From the NCBI GenBank assembly GCA_048213135.1, contig PS015009.1:1302001-1366000 (forward strand): DNA of 64,000 nucleotides, read 5' to 3'. The stretch's first letter is position 1. Each line of letters begins with the position of its first letter. The notes below the pieces were generated by a model. It saw nothing but the letters and a program-made list of their open reading frames with translations, did no database searches and was not told where the DNA came from. Positions 49,721 to 59,215 of this stretch are shown here, piece by piece. The translations under genes and the position numbers were made by a program. The stretch is from Reclinomonas americana ATCC 50394 (taxonomy: Eukaryota).

Positions 49721-52483
49721 ATGAACAAAAGGACTATCGAAGACATTGCTTATATATTCAGAAAAGCAAAAGAAGAAGGAAAACCCCGTCCCATCGTTTT
49801 TTTAGGTGCGGGAGCATCAGCGAGTGCTGGTATACCGCTTACCGGTAAAATTATTGAAGACATTCTGGAAAAGCACAGCGATATGCCGGCGATCCAGCGC
49901 TTAAACGAAGAAGAAAAGAAAGACTATTATACTTTAATGAGTGCCCTATCTGCCGAACAGCGGAGAAGCCTTTTTCATAGTTATGTAACCTCTGAAGATG
50001 TAAAGATCAATGTTACTCATATCTACCTTGCGCAATTGCTAAAAGAGGGCTATGTCGATTATATCCTGACGGTAAATTTTGACGACCTCGCACTCAAGGC
50101 CTGTGCCCTGTTCAACTTTATCCCCCCAGTGTATGATGTTTCGATACTGAAAGACTTTACGACAACTACATTCCAGAAAGAATCGGTAACCTACTTGCAT
50201 GGACAACACCATGGTCAGTGGTTGCTAAATGCCAAGGGAGAGCTCGATAAAGTAAAAACCGCTGTCCCAAAAATATTTGAACGCATTTGCAACGGACGCA
50301 CCTGGATCATTGTAGGATATAAGGGCGATGATGAAATACTGGAAGAGATTGCGAAGCTGGGCAGTTTTGAGAACGAGTTATATTGGATTGGATATGAAAA
50401 AGAAGTGCCATCAGCTAATGTAAAATCAAAGTTGCTGGACATAGAGCTTATGAATACCTATTGGGTTTCTGACTATAATGCAGATTCCTTTTTCCTCAAA
50501 CTACACTCTGAGTTAGGGATGCATACCCCGGAATTTTTTAATAAGCCCTTTACCTTCCTCAGCAACCTAATTGGTAAAATTGTTGATATAGACGTTTTAG
50601 CCAGTAAGGATGAGTTGTATAAAATACCCAATGAGCGATTAGCAACTTCAAAAAAATGGATTAGTGACGCGATTGAGAAATATGAAAACAGGGAATCACT
50701 GGAGAAATTCAGGCAAGCGATTATTGAAGACACAATTAAAGGAAATTATGATAATGCTCTGTTCTATTTAAAAGAGGTTAATGATGGGAAATATCCCGGA
50801 GCCAAAAAAGAGTTGAGTGATTTATTTTTAGACTGGGGAGTTACTATTCATGAAAAAAATGAGCCCGATTTTAGTATCGAAAACCTGGAACAGGCTATAG
50901 AAAAGTATAAAACGGCAACGGAAATAAATCCAAAAAATGACTCCGCATTTTATAACTGGGGGAACGCACTATCTGATTTGGCCAAAATAAAAAATGACTC
51001 TGCCATTTTTGAACAAATCTGTGAAAAATATAAAACAGCAACAGAAATAAATCCAAAAAACGATTCTGCATTTTATAACTGGGGGAATACATTATCTGAT
51101 TTGGCCAAAATAAAAAATGATCCCGTTATTTTTGAACAAGTCTGTGAAAAATATACGAAAGCAACAGAAATAAATTCATTGGATGACTCTGCATTCAATA
51201 ATTGGGGAAGTGCATTATCTGAGTTAGCTAAAATAAAAAATGATCCTATTATTTTTGAGCAGGCTTGCGAAAAGTATAAAACAGCAACGGAAATAAATCC
51301 AAAAAATGACCCCGCTTTCTATAATTGGGGGAGCGCTTTGTCCCATATAGCAAAAGAGAAAGGAGCCCCTGAAGTTTTTGAACAAGCCTTTGAAAAATAC
51401 AAAACAGCAACGGAAATAAATCCAAAAGATGATTCTTCTTTTAATAATTGGGGAAGTTCTTTAGCGGATTTAGCCAAAATAAAAAACGATCCCACCATTT
51501 TTGAACAGGCCTTTAAAAAGTTCAAGTTTGCAACAGAAATAAACAACAGGAATGATCATGCCTTCTATAATTGGGGAAATGCTTTGTCAGGTTTAGCCAA
51601 AATAAAAAACGACCTCGCCATTTTTGAGCAAGCAATCGAAAAATACAAATTTGCAACAGAAATAAATTCAAAAGATGATTCTTCTTTAAACAATTGGGGA
51701 AGTTCTTTAGCGGATTTAGCCAAAATAAAAAACGACTCCTCTTTTCTTGAGCAGGCTATTGAAAAGTTTAAAGCTGCAATAGAAATAAATCCAGAAAATG
51801 ATTCCTCTTTCAATAACTGGGGAAGTGCGTTGTTTAATTTGGCCAAAATAAATAATGATCCCATATATTTTGAACGGGCATGCGAGAAATATAAAATTGC
51901 AACAGAAATAAATCCAAAAGACGATTCTTTTTTCAATAACTGGGGAATTGCTCTGGTAAACTGGGCCGAAATAAAAAATGACCTATCGATTTCTGAACAA
52001 GCTTGCGAAAAATTTAAAATTGCAACGGAAATAAATCCACAAAATGTTTCCGCATTCGATAGTTGGGGTAGCCTTTTGTCTAAATTCGCCAGAATTAATA
52101 AAGATGCTAATCTGTTTAATATGGCCTTCGAAAAATATAATATTGTGGTTACTACAGACCCTAATAATTCTACGGCATTTTATAACTGGGCATATGCACT
52201 TAGCCATTACTCCAAATTGCTGAATGGAAAGGATCGCCAGGATTCGATCATTTCCGCTAATACTATGGCTGAAAAAGCTTTTAGCCTTGATGGGGCTGCA
52301 TATAATCTTAGCTGCTCATACGCTCTACTAGGCAACAAAGAAAAAGCTATACAATATCTTAAACAAAGCTTTGATAATAATGAAGTACTACCAGATTATG
52401 TCCTACAAGATGAAGACTGGGCCGATTTCTTAAACGACAAAGACTTCAAGGCCATCATCCAATCCGCAAAAAACAAAAACTAA
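49721..52483 (+). CDS. SIR2-like domain protein with a long TPR array
   Basis: FLGAGASASAGIP, LTVNFDD, YLHG and IVGY, then about 11 41-aa TPR-like repeats and a terminal YNLSCSYAL..DEDW cap. Confidence 0.88.
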   Translation: MNKRTIEDIAYIFRKAKEEGKPRPIVFLGAGASASAGIPLTGKIIEDILEKHSDMPAIQRLNEEEKKDYYTLMSALSAEQRRSLFHSYVTSEDVKINVTHIYLAQLLKEGYVDYILTVNFDDLALKACALFNFIPPVYDVSILKDFTTTTFQKESVTYLHGQHHGQWLLNAKGELDKVKTAVPKIFERICNGRTWIIVGYKGDDEILEEIAKLGSFENELYWIGYEKEVPSANVKSKLLDIELMNTYWVSDYNADSFFLKLHSELGMHTPEFFNKPFTFLSNLIGKIVDIDVLASKDELYKIPNERLATSKKWISDAIEKYENRESLEKFRQAIIEDTIKGNYDNALFYLKEVNDGKYPGAKKELSDLFLDWGVTIHEKNEPDFSIENLEQAIEKYKTATEINPKNDSAFYNWGNALSDLAKIKNDSAIFEQICEKYKTATEINPKNDSAFYNWGNTLSDLAKIKNDPVIFEQVCEKYTKATEINSLDDSAFNNWGSALSELAKIKNDPIIFEQACEKYKTATEINPKNDPAFYNWGSALSHIAKEKGAPEVFEQAFEKYKTATEINPKDDSSFNNWGSSLADLAKIKNDPTIFEQAFKKFKFATEINNRNDHAFYNWGNALSGLAKIKNDLAIFEQAIEKYKFATEINSKDDSSLNNWGSSLADLAKIKNDSSFLEQAIEKFKAAIEINPENDSSFNNWGSALFNLAKINNDPIYFERACEKYKIATEINPKDDSFFNNWGIALVNWAEIKNDLSISEQACEKFKIATEINPQNVSAFDSWGSLLSKFARINKDANLFNMAFEKYNIVVTTDPNNSTAFYNWAYALSHYSKLLNGKDRQDSIISANTMAEKAFSLDGAAYNLSCSYALLGNKEKAIQYLKQSFDNNEVLPDYVLQDEDWADFLNDKDFKAIIQSAKNKN
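50890..52200 (+). repeat. Intragenic 123-bp tandem repeats encoding TPR units
   Basis: GAAATAAATCCAAAA at 50921 and 51044, with related copies continuing in 123-bp steps. Confidence 0.85.
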
Positions 52484-52486
52484 CCA

Positions 52487-52960
52487 TTACTTATTCCTCT
52501 TCATCGGAAACAACCTCGATCTTTCCACCCCATTCACCATACCGGATATCTCCGCCAGCAGTGAATCCTTTCCCACCTGTGTGTACGAGATCTTCTGCGG
52601 AAAATCATGCCCCGGGTTCTCAAACTCCATTTCCTTATCGGTGAGTTTTATCATTTTAAAAGAAACCGGTTGCCCGCCGTTCTGGTTTTTTACTGTTGGA
52701 ATATAAAACAGTTCGTTGCCCCGCTGCAGCAGCTGAATGGTCTCCATCACCATGGTATCTTTCCCATTGATGAAAAAACTCTTACCGGCAAAAAGGCTGT
52801 CGTTCTGCACGGCCCAATGTTCATGCACACCTGATTTACTCACCCAGTCGCCCACCAGCCAGCGGGCTTTGTTAAGGGGCTTATCCTGCCGGCCGGTGGC
52901 CGCGACAGAAAACAGGATAATAAGGATGACAACAGCTGAAGATGAAATGGTTTTGTACAT
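52487..52960 (-). CDS. Exported DUF6265-like protein
   Basis: Signal peptide, WLVGDW and FENPGHDFPQKISY. Confidence 0.75.
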   Translation of the reverse strand: MYKTISSSAVVILIILFSVAATGRQDKPLNKARWLVGDWVSKSGVHEHWAVQNDSLFAGKSFFINGKDTMVMETIQLLQRGNELFYIPTVKNQNGGQPVSFKMIKLTDKEMEFENPGHDFPQKISYTQVGKDSLLAEISGMVNGVERSRLFPMKRNK

Positions 52961-53026
52961 ATCGTTGATTTGATCGGCACAAAATTGAAACGTCTGCATT
53001 TGCCGGAATTGTAAAAATGCGTCTTT

Positions 53027-53833
53027 CTATTCCTGGCCCAGCTGTTTGGCCATGCCGAGATTGGCAGAAAAATATTGCCGTGGATTGAGACCGGTAAATG
53101 TTTTGAAGTCCTTAATAAAATGTGCCTGGTCGTAAAAGCCGCCTTCATAAGCCAGGCTGGTAAGGCTGGAAAACTGCCGCTGGCCGATAAGCGCCAATAC
53201 CGATTGAAACCGGGTGATACGTGAAAACTGTTTGGGACTTAACCCCACGCTGGTCACAAATCGTTTTTCCAGCTGACGGCGGCTGATGAACAGTTCTGCC
53301 GCCAGTTGTTCTATATATACGTTGCCCTGCGCACGGGTAATGGTATCTACACAATGCCCGATGAGCTGGTCTTCCTGCGTGGCATTCAGCCGGTGCAGCA
53401 GGAAGTCGTTCACCAGCTGCACCCTTTCCGCCTGCGAAGCGGCGTTCAGCATCCTGTCTTCCAGTTCACGACCGGCTTTTCCCCAGCAATCACCGATACC
53501 GGCATATTCACCGGTGGTGGCAGAAATGGCAAAAGGAACAAAAGCCTTCAACCCATTGGGATGAAACCTTACGCTGAAGATACCCGTCCGGCCCGATGCT
53601 TCCAGTTCAATAAAAGAACTGATCTGCCCGTGAATAAAACTCCTGGGTTGAAAACCGGCTTCGCCTGCGGCATACTTCCTGAACAGGTCGCCGTAATGAA
53701 AGATGAGTTCCGTACAACCATCGGGAAATACCTTTTCCCTGGATGGGGTGTTTTGCGCATCCGCATCCAGACTCCAGTAACATTTAATGTACCGGCGCAA
53801 CAAAGGGTGTGGTATGTAGGTTTGATAATGCAT
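53027..53833 (-). CDS. AraC-family transcriptional regulator
   Basis: PHPLLRRYIKCYW, PDGC, SRRQLEKRF and GFYDQAHFIKDFK. Confidence 0.9.
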   Translation of the reverse strand: MHYQTYIPHPLLRRYIKCYWSLDADAQNTPSREKVFPDGCTELIFHYGDLFRKYAAGEAGFQPRSFIHGQISSFIELEASGRTGIFSVRFHPNGLKAFVPFAISATTGEYAGIGDCWGKAGRELEDRMLNAASQAERVQLVNDFLLHRLNATQEDQLIGHCVDTITRAQGNVYIEQLAAELFISRRQLEKRFVTSVGLSPKQFSRITRFQSVLALIGQRQFSSLTSLAYEGGFYDQAHFIKDFKTFTGLNPRQYFSANLGMAKQLGQE

Positions 53834-53978
53834 AGCGGAACGGGTCAAATATACGATCCATCGCTATCAACATTTAATCCACTTATTGATTTATAACTTT
53901 ATTTATAAAGCGATGTTTAATACATTTACTTAAACAAGCCGGCATTAAACCTTTTTCCTTTACAACGTTCCAAAACGC

Positions 53979-54482
53979 ATGAGCAACAGCAGCAGCATTG
54001 CCCCGGGCAAATTACTGGTGAGCCAGCATGGCATGGCACAGGTATGGAAAGATGAAACCACCGGCCAGCAAGCGCTTCACGCGGCAAAGGTTTTTTCAGC
54101 CGGTGAAGTGATCAGCGCTTTTGCACCCGCTTCTGTGCATACCACCCCAAGTTATCTTACGGTGCAAGCAGGCAACCAGCAACACATCACCTTACAGCCG
54201 GAATTCCTGCAATACGTGAACCACAGTTGCCATCCGAATGTGTTCTTTGATACGGACGCCATGCAACTGGTATGCCTGGAAGATGTACTGCCCGGCGAAG
54301 AGTTCCGTTTCTTCTATCCTTCTACGGAATGGGATATGGCACAACCCTTCGTTTGCAACTGCGGCAACAGCAACTGCCTGCAACTGATCACCGGCGCTGT
54401 TCACCTGTCAGTTGATACACTCAGCCGCTACCGGCTCAGCTCCTTTATTAAAAACCAGGTAAAACAAAAACTGTCCCTGTAA
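53979..54482 (+). CDS. Stand-alone SET-domain protein with post-SET motif
   Basis: YVNHSCHPN, GEEFRFFY and post-SET FVCNCGNSNC. Confidence 0.88.
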   Translation: MSNSSSIAPGKLLVSQHGMAQVWKDETTGQQALHAAKVFSAGEVISAFAPASVHTTPSYLTVQAGNQQHITLQPEFLQYVNHSCHPNVFFDTDAMQLVCLEDVLPGEEFRFFYPSTEWDMAQPFVCNCGNSNCLQLITGAVHLSVDTLSRYRLSSFIKNQVKQKLSL

Positions 54483-54489
54483 CCAAAAC

Positions 54490-55647
54490 ATGTCGCCCGC
54501 TAATCCTTTCATATCGGCCATACCCCTGAAACAACTGTATGTTTGGGTACTGGCACCGCAACTGGAAAGCGAGGACCCCAATATTGACTACTATTACGAC
54601 TTCACACAAAGTATTGCCGAGTACACTAAAACGTTCAACGAACTGGGCGTAGACTGGAAATGGCAGCCGGTGGACATGAAGACGTATACCAAAGTCATCA
54701 ACCACATTGCCCGCGAAAACGACAAAGGCAATAAGTTACACGTGGTGTTCAACCTTTGTGATGGCGATGAAGTGAATGGAACGCCGGGCATTTCCGTGGT
54801 AAAATTGCTGGAAGAAAAAGGATTGATCTATACGGGTGCCGATGAATATTTTTACCGCATCACCACTTCCAAAATACCCATGAAGCGGGCTTTTGAGGAA
54901 GCCGCCGTTGCTACCCCGGAATGGGAAGCCATTCATTCGCGGGAGCAGGACCTGTCGGGCATGGTGGAAAAACTGGGTTCACCGCTTATCGTTAAGCCAT
55001 CAGTTTCGGGAGGCAGCATGGGCGTGGGTACCCAGAATGTAGTAAGCACAACAACGGAGTTGCAGCAGCAGGTAGAAAAAATGTTTGAAGGTTACCGCGG
55101 ATGGGAGCTCACCAGCGATGGCATCATTGCCGAATCTTTCATCAATGGTCCTGAATATACCGTGCTTATTGCTGGCTCATACAACGACCCCGGTAAAGCC
55201 CGTATTTATGAACCGGTGGAAAGGGTTTTTCATGAATCGCTGCCCGACCGGGAAAAATTCCTGAGCTTCGACAGGCTGTGGGAAATTTATGAAGAAGAAA
55301 CCGCCATGCCGGGCAATGAGAATTTTTATGAGTACGCTCTGCCCGATCCGGCCCTCGTAGATGAAATAAAAAAACTGAGCTGGGATGCTTATGTGGCTAC
55401 CAAAGGAAGGGGCTATACCCGTGTAGATTTGCGCAGGGATAAAGTAACCGGTAAAATATATGTACTGGAAGTGAATGCACAATGTGGTTTGAGTGAAGAT
55501 GAGGATTATACTTCCATCGGCGCTATTTTGCGGCTGAGTGGTAAAACTTTTTCGCAGCTGGTGGTGGCCATCATCAACGATGCTTACCAGCGCAAACAAA
55601 AGCAGAAACAAAAGACGGCGGCCAGGTCGGCCTCGGCGAATAAATAA
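54490..55647 (+). CDS. ATP-grasp ligase (D-Ala-D-Ala ligase-like)
   Basis: VFNLCDG, YTGA, PLIVKPSVSGGSMGV, ESFINGPEYTV, GYTRVDLR and VLEVN. Confidence 0.85.
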   Translation: MSPANPFISAIPLKQLYVWVLAPQLESEDPNIDYYYDFTQSIAEYTKTFNELGVDWKWQPVDMKTYTKVINHIARENDKGNKLHVVFNLCDGDEVNGTPGISVVKLLEEKGLIYTGADEYFYRITTSKIPMKRAFEEAAVATPEWEAIHSREQDLSGMVEKLGSPLIVKPSVSGGSMGVGTQNVVSTTTELQQQVEKMFEGYRGWELTSDGIIAESFINGPEYTVLIAGSYNDPGKARIYEPVERVFHESLPDREKFLSFDRLWEIYEEETAMPGNENFYEYALPDPALVDEIKKLSWDAYVATKGRGYTRVDLRRDKVTGKIYVLEVNAQCGLSEDEDYTSIGAILRLSGKTFSQLVVAIINDAYQRKQKQKQKTAARSASANK

Positions 55648-55701
55648 ACCAACCAAATTACAGGGGCGGCTTTGCAGAACAGCAGCGGCTCTGCAAGGAA
55701 A

Positions 55702-57129
55702 ATGAAAATCTGTGTTCTTCAGCCCGACTATTCCACTTCCGATGTGGATTACCAGTATTACGATCCGGCACGCGATCTCAGCCATTTAATGCCCGAAGCG
55801 GAATTCACGCATGTGCTGCTGAACAAACTCACCACCTACAAACAACTCAAGGAATTAAAAAAGCAAGGCTTCGACATTTTCGTCAACCTCTGCGAAGGCT
55901 ACCTGGAGTGGAGCATCCCTTCCATTGATGTGATCAATACCATGGAGTTGCTCGATCTTCCTTTCACCGGTCCTACATCTTTATTATACGATCCGCCCAA
56001 ACCATTGATGAAATACGTCGCCTATGCCGAGGGCATCGGCACACCTGCTTATGCACTGGTGAATGATGTGGCGGATGTGGAAACAGAATGCACCCATTTG
56101 CAATACCCGCTCTTTGTAAAGCCTGCCAAAGCCGGCGACAGCCTTGGGGTAGACGACAAAAGCCTGGTGCATAATATAGAAGAATTAAAAGCAAAGGTGA
56201 GCGCCATCATCGCTGAATACGGCCCTTTGCTGGTTGAAGAATATATCAGCGGAAGAGAGTTCACCGTTATGGTAGCCGCCAATGATGACGGTAAAACGGT
56301 GACCACTTTCAAGCCGGTGGAATATATTTTTCCGGGTGAATTTGCCTTCAAGACCTATGCGCTCAAAACTTCCGAACTGCACCCTGATGCGAATATTCCC
56401 TGCAAGGACCCCGAACTGGAACAACAACTCCGCGAAGCCGCCATCCGCATCTTCCGTGGTTTCGGCGGCGTGGGTTATGCCCGCCTCGACTTCAGGGTGA
56501 ACGATAACAACGATATTTTCTTCCTTGAAATCAACTTTACCTGCTCCGTTTTTTACAAAGACGGGTACGAAGGCAGTGCCGATTATATTCTCCGCCACGA
56601 TGGTTTCGGCCAGTCCGCTTTCCTCCGTCACATCATCGCCGAAGGAATGTCCAGGCACTTACGCAGGCAGAAAAAATATACTATGAAGGGCAATTCCATC
56701 TCGGGTTACGGCATTTATGCCAACCAGGATATGGTGCCCAACGAGGTGATTTTCAAGGGAGAAGAAATGGCCCAGCGCATGGTAACCCGCCGCTGGGTGG
56801 AGCAGAACTGGAATATTAAGGAAAAAGAAATATTTAGAAAGTACGCCTATCCGCTCAGCAATGAGGTATTTTTGCTGTGGGATAATGATCCGGCCGGGTG
56901 GGCGCCGCAGAATCACAGCTGCAACCCCAATACCGCCTATGAAGGTTTAAATGTTATAGCGCTTCGGGCTATACGCAAAGGAGAAGAACTAACCCTCGAC
57001 TATGCCTGCTTCCTCGACGAACATATGGAACCGTTCCATTGCCAATGCGGATCTGCCCAATGCCGTGGTCTTGTTACCGGTATCACCGGCAATTCGGTAA
57101 CAAAAAGAGAAAACAAGGCACACGGTTAA
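55702..57129 (+). CDS. ATP-grasp ligase fused to a C-terminal SET/post-SET domain
   Basis: PLFVKP, EEYISGREFTV, GYARLDFR and FLEIN, then GYGIYA, QNHSCNPN, GEELTLDY and CQCGSAQCRG. Confidence 0.88.
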   Translation: MKICVLQPDYSTSDVDYQYYDPARDLSHLMPEAEFTHVLLNKLTTYKQLKELKKQGFDIFVNLCEGYLEWSIPSIDVINTMELLDLPFTGPTSLLYDPPKPLMKYVAYAEGIGTPAYALVNDVADVETECTHLQYPLFVKPAKAGDSLGVDDKSLVHNIEELKAKVSAIIAEYGPLLVEEYISGREFTVMVAANDDGKTVTTFKPVEYIFPGEFAFKTYALKTSELHPDANIPCKDPELEQQLREAAIRIFRGFGGVGYARLDFRVNDNNDIFFLEINFTCSVFYKDGYEGSADYILRHDGFGQSAFLRHIIAEGMSRHLRRQKKYTMKGNSISGYGIYANQDMVPNEVIFKGEEMAQRMVTRRWVEQNWNIKEKEIFRKYAYPLSNEVFLLWDNDPAGWAPQNHSCNPNTAYEGLNVIALRAIRKGEELTLDYACFLDEHMEPFHCQCGSAQCRGLVTGITGNSVTKRENKAHG

Positions 57130-57225
57130 ACTAACCCATTACATTACGGTCATACGGGACACCCCGTAATAAAACCGGGCTTTGCGGCCCGGCAGTAAAC
57201 CTGTTCTAAACCTGGAGTAAAAGTT

Positions 57226-58152
57226 ATGTCGCGTTTCGAGATTTTAAAAAGACTGATGAGAAAGCACCGTGGCAGCCTGGTGCTTACCTATATATTATTT
57301 TCACTGGAAATGCTGGGCAACCTGGTGCGGCCCTTCTTCCTGGGCATGGCGGTGGATGACCTCACCAAAGGCAGTTACGACGGCCTCATCCTGCTGTGCA
57401 GTGTACACGTAACCTGGCTCATATTGGGTACCATCCGCCATATGTACGATACCCGTACCTATTCTGCAATCTATACCTCATTGGTCACCCAGTTCCTGTC
57501 GCGCCGCTATGGCAAAACCGAAGTGAGCAAACTCAGCGCCCACTCTACCCTGGCGCGGGAGTTTGTGGATTTTTTGGAGTACGACCTGGTGTATGTGATT
57601 GAAGCGGCTTATAATATTTTAGGTTCGCTGGTGCTGCTGTTCTTCTACGATTCAGCCGTGGTGGGCGTTTGCATGGCCGTGCTGCTGCCGGTGGTGGGCT
57701 TCAGTTATTTTTATGGCCGTAAAATGAAAAGGCTCAACCGCATGAAGAATGATGAGCTGGAAAAACAGGTAGACATTATTTCCACCGGCGATCACGGGCT
57801 CATCAGCCAGCATTATAACAAACTCCGAAAATGGCAGATCCGCATTTCCGATAAAGAGGCCTGGAACTTTGGCGTAATGGAAATTATGGTGATGCTGGTG
57901 ATTGGCGCTTCCCTGCTGGTTACCCGTACCCATGTAGGCACCGGCGTAATGGCGGGCAGCCTCATCGGTATCTATAATTATATACTCAAGTTTGTGTCCG
58001 GACTGGATACGATACCTTATACCGTTCAGCGCCTCACTTCGCTCAACGACATTACCCGCCGTATTGAGCTGCAGGCCGACGATTTTCCCGAAGAAGGCAA
58101 AACCCGCCTGGTGCGCCGCCGCGAAAAACGGCAGGCACAGGCTGTATCGTAA
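57226..58152 (+). CDS. ABC exporter-type six-TM membrane domain protein with no ATPase domain
   Basis: About 6 hydrophobic segments with ABC-membrane spacing, plus YDTRTY and REFVDFLE; no Walker motifs. Confidence 0.75.
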   Translation: MSRFEILKRLMRKHRGSLVLTYILFSLEMLGNLVRPFFLGMAVDDLTKGSYDGLILLCSVHVTWLILGTIRHMYDTRTYSAIYTSLVTQFLSRRYGKTEVSKLSAHSTLAREFVDFLEYDLVYVIEAAYNILGSLVLLFFYDSAVVGVCMAVLLPVVGFSYFYGRKMKRLNRMKNDELEKQVDIISTGDHGLISQHYNKLRKWQIRISDKEAWNFGVMEIMVMLVIGASLLVTRTHVGTGVMAGSLIGIYNYILKFVSGLDTIPYTVQRLTSLNDITRRIELQADDFPEEGKTRLVRRREKRQAQAVS

Positions 58153-58228
58153 AGCCTTTTGAGCCGCACAGTAAAACTGTCTGGACTTTTCAGCACAGCA
58201 CATCACTGCCGATTGCCTAACTTTAGGT

Positions 58229-59110
58229 ATGAAATGTATCAAAGTACCCGGCTGTCTTACCGCATCTCCTTTTCATAACAACGCCCTTACGCTGAATGGC
58301 TTGTCGGTGGTAGAGTCGTGCACGCATACGCATAAAAAAACGGGCTCCATGTTCCTGGAAGAACACCTGCTGCTCTTCGTTAAAAAGGGGACCAATACCA
58401 TGACGCATGGAAAAACACAGCACATCATCCGCAGCGGTGAAATGCTGCTGCTTAAAAAAGCCACGCTGGTCAATTATTGCAAAGAAGGCGACCCGGCGCA
58501 GGACAATGTATACGACAGTATGATGTTCTTCCTCAAAGATGAATTCCTGAAAGATTTTATGAAGATGGCCAACATACAATCGAGTTATACAGAAGAACAG
58601 GTGAAGATCACGGTAAAACCTGTGAAAGAGCGCCTGCTCCGTTTCTTCGACTCCATCACACCATATTTTACAGAACCTGAAAATATCGATGCCGGGCTTA
58701 TCAAACTGAAAATGCTGGAACTGTTGTACGACATTTCCGGTACCGATAAAAACCTGCTGCAACAAATACTCCAGCTGAAACAACCGGTGAAGACAGAGTT
58801 GACCACGCTTATGGAAGAGCAGTTCACCAATCCTGTTTCTTTATCAGAGCTGGCCTATCTTTCGGGCAGAAGCCTTTCCAGTTTCAAACGCGATTTTCAG
58901 TCTACGTACAATATGCCCCCATCGGAATGGATACGCAACCGCCGTTTGGAAAAAGCCAACGAATTGCTGAAAAGCACATCACTAACGGTAACGGATATAT
59001 GTTATACCATGGGATTTGAAAATATCGCCCATTTTTCAAGGGTATTTAAAGAACGGTTCGGGTATACGCCTTCATCGTTGCGGCAAAAAGAACCCGTTCC
59101 TTTATCCTGA
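58229..59110 (+). CDS. AraC-family transcriptional regulator
   Basis: LAYLSGRSLSSFKRDF, RLEKA and GFENIAHFSRVFK. Confidence 0.92.
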   Translation: MKCIKVPGCLTASPFHNNALTLNGLSVVESCTHTHKKTGSMFLEEHLLLFVKKGTNTMTHGKTQHIIRSGEMLLLKKATLVNYCKEGDPAQDNVYDSMMFFLKDEFLKDFMKMANIQSSYTEEQVKITVKPVKERLLRFFDSITPYFTEPENIDAGLIKLKMLELLYDISGTDKNLLQQILQLKQPVKTELTTLMEEQFTNPVSLSELAYLSGRSLSSFKRDFQSTYNMPPSEWIRNRRLEKANELLKSTSLTVTDICYTMGFENIAHFSRVFKERFGYTPSSLRQKEPVPLS

Positions 59111-59215
59111 GCCGGAAAGAAAAAGAGTTTGGGCCGCGGGGTAAAACGTTTTGAACATTGATTAACGAAATTTGTTCTCTCATTTATACATCAACAAAAA
59201 ACTTCCATCAAACGT

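Noticed and set aside
54490-57129. Housekeeping ddl or van-type resistance ligases
   Set aside because: They lack the N-terminal GG.S.E motif of Ddl, have no mur or van context, and one is fused to SET.
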